Shown piece after piece: positions 26,963-32,000 of a stretch of 32,000 nt of DNA. Position numbers and translations under genes: made by a program. The DNA lies in NCBI GenBank assembly GCA_025210965.1, contig JAOAQY010000044.1:1-32000 (forward strand), given 5' to 3'. The notes beneath the pieces are model-generated. The model searched no databases, was not told the DNA's origin, and saw only the letters and a program-made list of their open reading frames with translations. Every line of letters begins with the position of its first letter. Within the stretch, counting starts at the first letter, position 1. The stretch comes from Tissierellales bacterium (GTDB lineage: Bacteria; Bacillota; Clostridia; Tissierellales; JAOAQY01).

Positions 26963-29005
26963 TTACTTAACTTTAAACTTTCCTATAGCTTGATTTAATG
27001 AACTAGCTAAATCAGCCAATGATTGACTAGCTGACGAAATTTCATCCATAGATGCTGTCTGTTCTTCAACACTAGCCGCTGATTCTTCAGTACTAGCTGC
27101 ATTTTCTTCTGCTATTGCAGATAATGTCTGAATAGTATCCAGTATATCAGTTTTCTTTTCCTCCATGGCCTCTCCCGACAGGTTTAAACGCTCTATGGCC
27201 TTCTCTGACATTTGTATAGCTGCATATATTTCTTTATACTTATCTTCAGTATCTCCAACACTATTGACTTGCTGTTCTATGATTTTAGTTACTCTTTCAA
27301 TAGTTGTAACTGCAAGTTTTGAGCTATCTACAAGTTCTTGTACTATATCATCAATTCTCTTTGTAGACTCCGTAGATTGCTCTGCTAATTTCCTAATCTC
27401 CTCAGCAACTACAGCAAAACCTTTTCCGGCTTCTCCAGCTCTAGCTGCCTCGATTGCAGCATTCAATGCAAGTAAATTTGTCTGCTCTGCTATCGAAGCT
27501 ATGACATTACTAGCCTCACCAATTTTTCCTGTATTTTCATCTGTTTTTTTAATCACATTGAAAATTTCTTTTGTTGCAGTGTCAGTTTCTTTTGCTTTAT
27601 CACTCAAATCATCAACTATAACCAATCCTGCTTTGACTAGTTCAAATACATTTTCAGATGCGTTATTTAAAGCATCCATATAATCTCTGTCTTTTTCTAT
27701 CAAATCTCCTAATTCTGCTGCTTGCATTGCCCCTTCAGTAGTGCTCTCGGCCTGATCAGTCGCTCCTCTTGCTATTTCCTGTATCGTACTTGCGACCTCT
27801 CCTGAAGCTATAGATACATGTCCTGCAGTTTCATTTAAATAATTTGCTGAAGACGAAACTTGATTTGAAGTAGTTTGAATTTCTCCAACTAAATTTCTAA
27901 AATTTTCTGTAAGATATTGGAATGATTCTGCCAGTAATCCAATTTCATTGTTCTTTTTCAAAAATTCAGCATCCACATTTTGGCTAAAATCACCACTAGC
28001 CAAAACTTGACCATATTTTGAAGCAACTATTACCGGTTTTATGATACGTCTTACGCTTACAAAAACTACAAAACCCAGAACTAAAATTCCTATGACATAT
28101 ATTATTCCCAATATTGAAGTAAACTCGTTCAATGAATTAAAAGCTTCTGACTTGTTAACTAATTGTATTATCCCCCATCCATTTATCATTATTGGTTCAT
28201 AAGCAACTAAATAAGTCTCTCCATTATAATCCAATTCTTCAATATCTGCTTTTCCAGCTAGCACTTCTTCTTGAACATTTTCAAATCCTTCAATTTCAGA
28301 CAATTTTATAGATTTTTTCATCAAATTAGAATCTTGAGCATATACTATCTGCCCGACCTTATTTATAAGAAAATTTGTTCCTTTTTCACCAATTTTGTAA
28401 TGATTCATTATTTCAGGTATTTTTTCTAAAGAAATATCTGCAGAATAAAAACCTATTATTTCACCATTTTCTCGAATAGCTGTTATACCTGAAATTATTG
28501 TTTCACCACTACCTGCATCTACATATGGAGTTGTAAATTCAACTTTATTAGAATTTACTGCCAAATTATACCAAGGTCTAGTCCTACAATTATAATCTTT
28601 TTTAGATATTGTTCCAGTACTCTCCAAATAAAAATTAGCTCTTTCATTAGCTATCCATGAAAAATATAAATTCTCGTATGAACTTCCTACATTTGATAAT
28701 GTATCGAGCACATCACCATATAATTCATGTGTTTCGATTTGATCATATGTGTCAACTTCTCTTAAATATCTCTGAACATTTTTGTCAGTTACTCCTTGTT
28801 TTACTACTTGTTCTGTTATCTCAAATATATTAGATACACTTTTATTTACTAAATCAGATTTTGTTTCAATATTATTCATTATATTTAAAGTTAATTCTGA
28901 TTTTGTTTTGCTAAATACTGCGACTCCTGATGCAACAAATATAACTAATATTGAGCTAAGTACAATAGCCATCAATCTTGTTGCAATACTACCTCTTTTT
29001 TTCAT
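26963..29005 (-). CDS. Methyl-accepting chemotaxis protein, paralogue B (680 aa; Cache-type sensor, HAMP, MA domain)
   Basis: GGGGGAG SD. Its architecture and length match paralogue A. The 50-aa run [51 protein letters not shown] is identical in both. Confidence 0.9.
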   Translation of the reverse strand: MKKRGSIATRLMAIVLSSILVIFVASGVAVFSKTKSELTLNIMNNIETKSDLVNKSVSNIFEITEQVVKQGVTDKNVQRYLREVDTYDQIETHELYGDVLDTLSNVGSSYENLYFSWIANERANFYLESTGTISKKDYNCRTRPWYNLAVNSNKVEFTTPYVDAGSGETIISGITAIRENGEIIGFYSADISLEKIPEIMNHYKIGEKGTNFLINKVGQIVYAQDSNLMKKSIKLSEIEGFENVQEEVLAGKADIEELDYNGETYLVAYEPIMINGWGIIQLVNKSEAFNSLNEFTSILGIIYVIGILVLGFVVFVSVRRIIKPVIVASKYGQVLASGDFSQNVDAEFLKKNNEIGLLAESFQYLTENFRNLVGEIQTTSNQVSSSANYLNETAGHVSIASGEVASTIQEIARGATDQAESTTEGAMQAAELGDLIEKDRDYMDALNNASENVFELVKAGLVIVDDLSDKAKETDTATKEIFNVIKKTDENTGKIGEASNVIASIAEQTNLLALNAAIEAARAGEAGKGFAVVAEEIRKLAEQSTESTKRIDDIVQELVDSSKLAVTTIERVTKIIEQQVNSVGDTEDKYKEIYAAIQMSEKAIERLNLSGEAMEEKKTDILDTIQTLSAIAEENAASTEESAASVEEQTASMDEISSASQSLADLASSLNQAIGKFKVK

Positions 29006-29120
29006 ATTACTCCCCCTTGTATTCGATGTTTTACTACTTTCTAACTATATCAATAATTCTAAAAAAATTAAATATTATGGACTATTTAAATAACACTTTT
29101 TGCTCAATATCTCATTTATA

Positions 29121-29137
29121 ATTCGGTATTTTCGAAT
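29121..29137. promoter_or_regulatory. Inverted repeat ATTCG-N7-CGAAT upstream of MCP paralogue B
   Basis: The plus strand reads ATTCGGTATTTTCGAAT, 116 nt upstream of the start codon. It is the counterpart of 21603..21619. Confidence 0.3.
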
Positions 29138-29170
29138 AAAAATTCACCAATCAAATATTAATACATACAA

Positions 29171-29210
29171 AAAGCACTAGTATTTGTTTAAAACTAAATA
29201 CTAGTGCTTT
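29171..29210 (-). terminator. Rho-independent terminator after the HgdB/DCCP-like gene
   Basis: AAAGCACTAGTATTT (29171..29185) pairs with AAATACTAGTGCTTT (29196..29210), a 15-bp perfect stem. A U-rich tail follows in minus-strand sense. Confidence 0.75.
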
Positions 29211-29232
29211 TAAAATTAATTATCTTTTCTAT

Positions 29233-30387
29233 CTACAAAAACTCAAGAAACGCTTCAAGTCTAGTCTCTATTTGTCCCTTATCAGATTGTGAATAGTCTG
29301 TAAGTACTTTCAAATATGGTATATCCAGTTCATCTGTAACCATTTGCTTTACATAATGAGACTCTACATTGAAAGTATGACATGCCTGAAGAACTATCTC
29401 TATAACTCCATCTACTTGATATTCTTTCACCATTGATCTCAAATCATCAAATCGCTTTTTGTTAGGAGACATAACCGAACAGCTTATATTCAAATACTTC
29501 TCTGCTATAGCACTTATAGGATCTATATCTTCTCTAATCATCTGAGCCTTTTCTTTTGGACCGCTACAATTTTCATAGCATACTATATCCGCTCCTAAAT
29601 CCTCTATAGTCTTCAGTACTTTTTCTCGAACACCACCTGCTGGGCATCCAGTTATAAGTATTCTTGGTCTGTCCGAAGTCTTGCCTTTAAAATCAGTTTC
29701 ATATCTATCTTTAATCTCATCAATATACGATCTAAGTTTACTTAATTTCTCTTCTCTATCGAACGTAAAACTAAGCCCTTCAGCAATAGCATTTATATCG
29801 TGACCAGATACTGGTGATGGATTCAATTTACCAAGTTCATACATCTCTTTGATTAAAGCTCTTTCTCTATTTCCATCAACTATAGCTTTTTTTAGATCAT
29901 CTTCTGTAACCTCTATGCCAAATCTCTCTTCCAATACCTCTTTAAATCTCACAACTTCCGTTCTCCAAAAGCTTAAATCATGCTCTAAATCATATCCTGG
30001 TGGTAATTGCATAACGTGCACAGGCTTTATATCGCCTAGCAATTCATACATCTTCTTTTTACCATCACAAGTGGTTTCACCAACTATTATATCTGAAAAA
30101 TAAAAATATGGACATTTGTCACTTATAGCATACCCATAACTTGATTTTATTAGAGGGCATAAATTGCTCGGAAGATCCTTCTCGGCTATCGATATAGTTT
30201 CATCACTCACTCCACATAAACCAACTGGAACAGCTCCTGCTGCATAAATGATTTCCGTAGGTGTATAAGTACAAAATATACCTGCAACTCTAGTTCCATT
30301 CTCTTTTATTTCCTTTATCTTCAAAAAACCCTGCTTTCGAGCCTCAGTAAAACTCTCAAATTCAATAGGTAAATTAGCTTTCTCCAT
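29233..30387 (-). CDS. 2-hydroxyacyl-CoA dehydratase D-component family protein (HgdB/BcrC-like; possibly a double-cubane-cluster-type reductase)
   Basis: 384 aa. The N-terminal block GTRVAGIFCTYTPTEIIYAAGAVPVGLCG is typical of the HGD-D/BcrC/BadD family. There are ten Cys (39, 58, 77, 92, 107, 248, 270, 274, 303, 336). It has its own terminator and upstream spacer. Confidence 0.75.
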   Translation of the reverse strand: MEKANLPIEFESFTEARKQGFLKIKEIKENGTRVAGIFCTYTPTEIIYAAGAVPVGLCGVSDETISIAEKDLPSNLCPLIKSSYGYAISDKCPYFYFSDIIVGETTCDGKKKMYELLGDIKPVHVMQLPPGYDLEHDLSFWRTEVVRFKEVLEERFGIEVTEDDLKKAIVDGNRERALIKEMYELGKLNPSPVSGHDINAIAEGLSFTFDREEKLSKLRSYIDEIKDRYETDFKGKTSDRPRILITGCPAGGVREKVLKTIEDLGADIVCYENCSGPKEKAQMIREDIDPISAIAEKYLNISCSVMSPNKKRFDDLRSMVKEYQVDGVIEIVLQACHTFNVESHYVKQMVTDELDIPYLKVLTDYSQSDKGQIETRLEAFLEFL

Positions 30388-30532
30388 CTTAAAATGCCCC
30401 CATTACTTATAATCTCAAATATAAAACTTCACCATTTCAGATTATCATGAGGACATTTAAGAGTAAAATCAGAAATACTTATGCATTTCTTTTTATTATT
30501 AATTTATTCTATATACTAAAATAATCCTTGAG

Positions 30533-31993
30533 TCAACCCGCACATTCGCTGGCAGGTTTCATCCAATCTAACTCACCATTTTTCAAGAAACAAACATGAT
30601 CGCATGTACTTGCAACTAGCTCTGGATCGTGGGTCACTATAAATATGCTCTTACCCTTTCTCGCTAATTGTTTCATTAGTTTTGAAACTTCAAACATGTG
30701 ATGATAATCTAAACCGCTAGTTGGTTCGTCAAACACCAAAAAATCTTTTTCAGATGCCATAGCGCATGCTATGGCTACTCGTTGTTTTTGTCCTCCTGAA
30801 AGCGACATTGGATGACATTTGTAATATTCTCTGAGATTTAAATTTTCCAAAAGTCTGCATACATAATTATCTTGAATATCTTTGCTCTCCTCTAATTTAA
30901 GCTGACCCTTCAAGCTCAAATTAATCTCTTCTTCAACGCTCTCTGTAAACAATTGGTGATTGACATCTTGCATTACCATAAAAAATTTCTTCGCTCTTTT
31001 CTTACCACAATATTTACCAGAGCTACTCTCCATATTTCCACTAGGTTTTTTCACAAGCCCGCACAGATGATTTACAAACGTCGTCTTTCCTGCACCATTA
31101 TCACCTAATATAGCCATTATACTTCCCTTTGGAAACTTCATATTTTCTATATTTAGCACACATCTTTTACCGTATCTCATATAAAAATTATTTAAAACTA
31201 TAGCTTCCTTTCCCTCAAATCTTTCTCCGTACGACAATGCATTGCCGTTTGACTGTCTAAGCCCCATATCATGCAATTCTTCTGACCCAATTGATTGAAA
31301 TTCATCAACACTTATATCCTTCTTTATAAATCCATCTGCCATATAAATGACTCTATCTGCCACATCCATCAAATAGTGAAGCCTATGCTCCGCTATCACA
31401 ATTGTTTTCCCCATAGATTTCCACTTACTTATTATATTTTTCATCTCTCCTATAGAACTTATATCTAAATTTGAAGATGGCTCATCTAAAACTAGTATTT
31501 CTGGTAACATCGCACCTACTGAACCACACGCAATCCTCTGTTTTTCTCCTCCTGACAACTCAAAGAGACTTCTATTTAATAGATGCTCCAAATTAAGTGG
31601 CTTTATTATACTATTGATTCTCTCACAAATTTGATCTGCAGGCATCCCCCTATTTTCACAGCCAAAAGCAAGTTCATCAGCAGTATCTACATTGAAAAAT
31701 TGAGACCTTGGATTTTGAAATACTGAGCCGACACTTTTAGAAATTATATCCAAATCAGTCTCTCTAACATCCATACCAGAAACTTTTATTTTACCGTTCA
31801 AGTCTCCATCATAAAAATGTGGTACTAAACCATTTATAAGTCTTGTTATTGTTGTTTTTCCACAACCTGATTTACCACAAAGTAAAACAACTTGCCCTTT
31901 TGGAATTTTTAGATTTATATCGCTCAAATTTTTGTGTTTTTCAGTATTATCCGACCCCTTGTACCTAAATTCTACATTCTCAAAAGATATCAT
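30533..31993 (-). CDS. Duplicated ABC transporter ATP-binding protein (two fused NBDs; ECF/CbiO-like)
   Basis: 486 aa. NBD1 has GKSGCGKTT, LSGGEKQRIACG and LVLDEPSSNLD. NBD2 has GDNGAGKTT, LSGGQKQRVAIA and LVFDEPTSGLD. The ATG at 31993 is 7 nt from the window end, so the SD is not visible. Confidence 0.85.
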   Translation of the reverse strand: MISFENVEFRYKGSDNTEKHKNLSDINLKIPKGQVVLLCGKSGCGKTTITRLINGLVPHFYDGDLNGKIKVSGMDVRETDLDIISKSVGSVFQNPRSQFFNVDTADELAFGCENRGMPADQICERINSIIKPLNLEHLLNRSLFELSGGEKQRIACGSVGAMLPEILVLDEPSSNLDISSIGEMKNIISKWKSMGKTIVIAEHRLHYLMDVADRVIYMADGFIKKDISVDEFQSIGSEELHDMGLRQSNGNALSYGERFEGKEAIVLNNFYMRYGKRCVLNIENMKFPKGSIMAILGDNGAGKTTFVNHLCGLVKKPSGNMESSSGKYCGKKRAKKFFMVMQDVNHQLFTESVEEEINLSLKGQLKLEESKDIQDNYVCRLLENLNLREYYKCHPMSLSGGQKQRVAIACAMASEKDFLVFDEPTSGLDYHHMFEVSKLMKQLARKGKSIFIVTHDPELVASTCDHVCFLKNGELDWMKPASECAG

Positions 31994-32000
31994 ATCATCA

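Noticed and set aside
27165-27683. A 172-aa plus-strand ORF antisense to MCP paralogue B, and the analogous ORFs 19836..20138 and 3664..3897 antisense to the other MCPs
   Set aside because: All three lie opposite the Ala/Glu/Ser-rich MA signalling domain, whose codon composition leaves the antisense frame open. None has an SD, the products are low-complexity, and the sense-strand genes are unambiguous.
1-32000. A mobile element, prophage, CRISPR array or defence island
   Set aside because: I recognised no transposase, integrase, recombinase, Cas, restriction or toxin-antitoxin-like products. There are no terminal inverted repeats or short regularly spaced repeats. The only long repeat is the diverged MCP paralogue pair.

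Overview
The window is low-GC and looks like chromosome from a motile, anaerobic, Stickland-fermenting Firmicute (Clostridia/Tissierellia-like); the taxon is inferred from gene content only. I call 19 protein genes, 17 of them on the minus strand. I saw no rRNA, tRNA, CRISPR array, transposase or integrase. Content: a fused ABC exporter, three methyl-accepting chemotaxis proteins (MCPs), a membrane-anchored MutS-domain-V ATPase, a MetRS-family synthetase with a degenerate KMSKS motif, and a probable operon of a large lipoprotein, a PatB/MalY C-S lyase and a secreted protein. There are also an APC permease, an NCS2 nucleobase permease, a sensor diguanylate cyclase, an orphan HgdB/DCCP-like protein and a duplicated ABC ATPase. 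The most interesting locus is a ~5.5 kb cassette (21479-26962). It encodes a GrdE-like pyruvoyl proprotein, a GrdB-family selenoprotein, GrdX, a YkvI-family transporter and a TetR regulator. The ORF track splits the selenoprotein at an in-frame UGA (Sec350), which is followed by a SECIS-like hairpin. No grdA, grdC, grdD or thioredoxin genes are in the window. Two co-linear 680-codon MCP paralogues bracket the cassette. Its leader carries three copies of the palindrome TATCGCGATA around a hairpin plus U8 tract. I interpret it as a substrate-specific Stickland reductase module of unknown substrate with an undescribed control element. All functional calls come from motif recognition by eye, not from searches.
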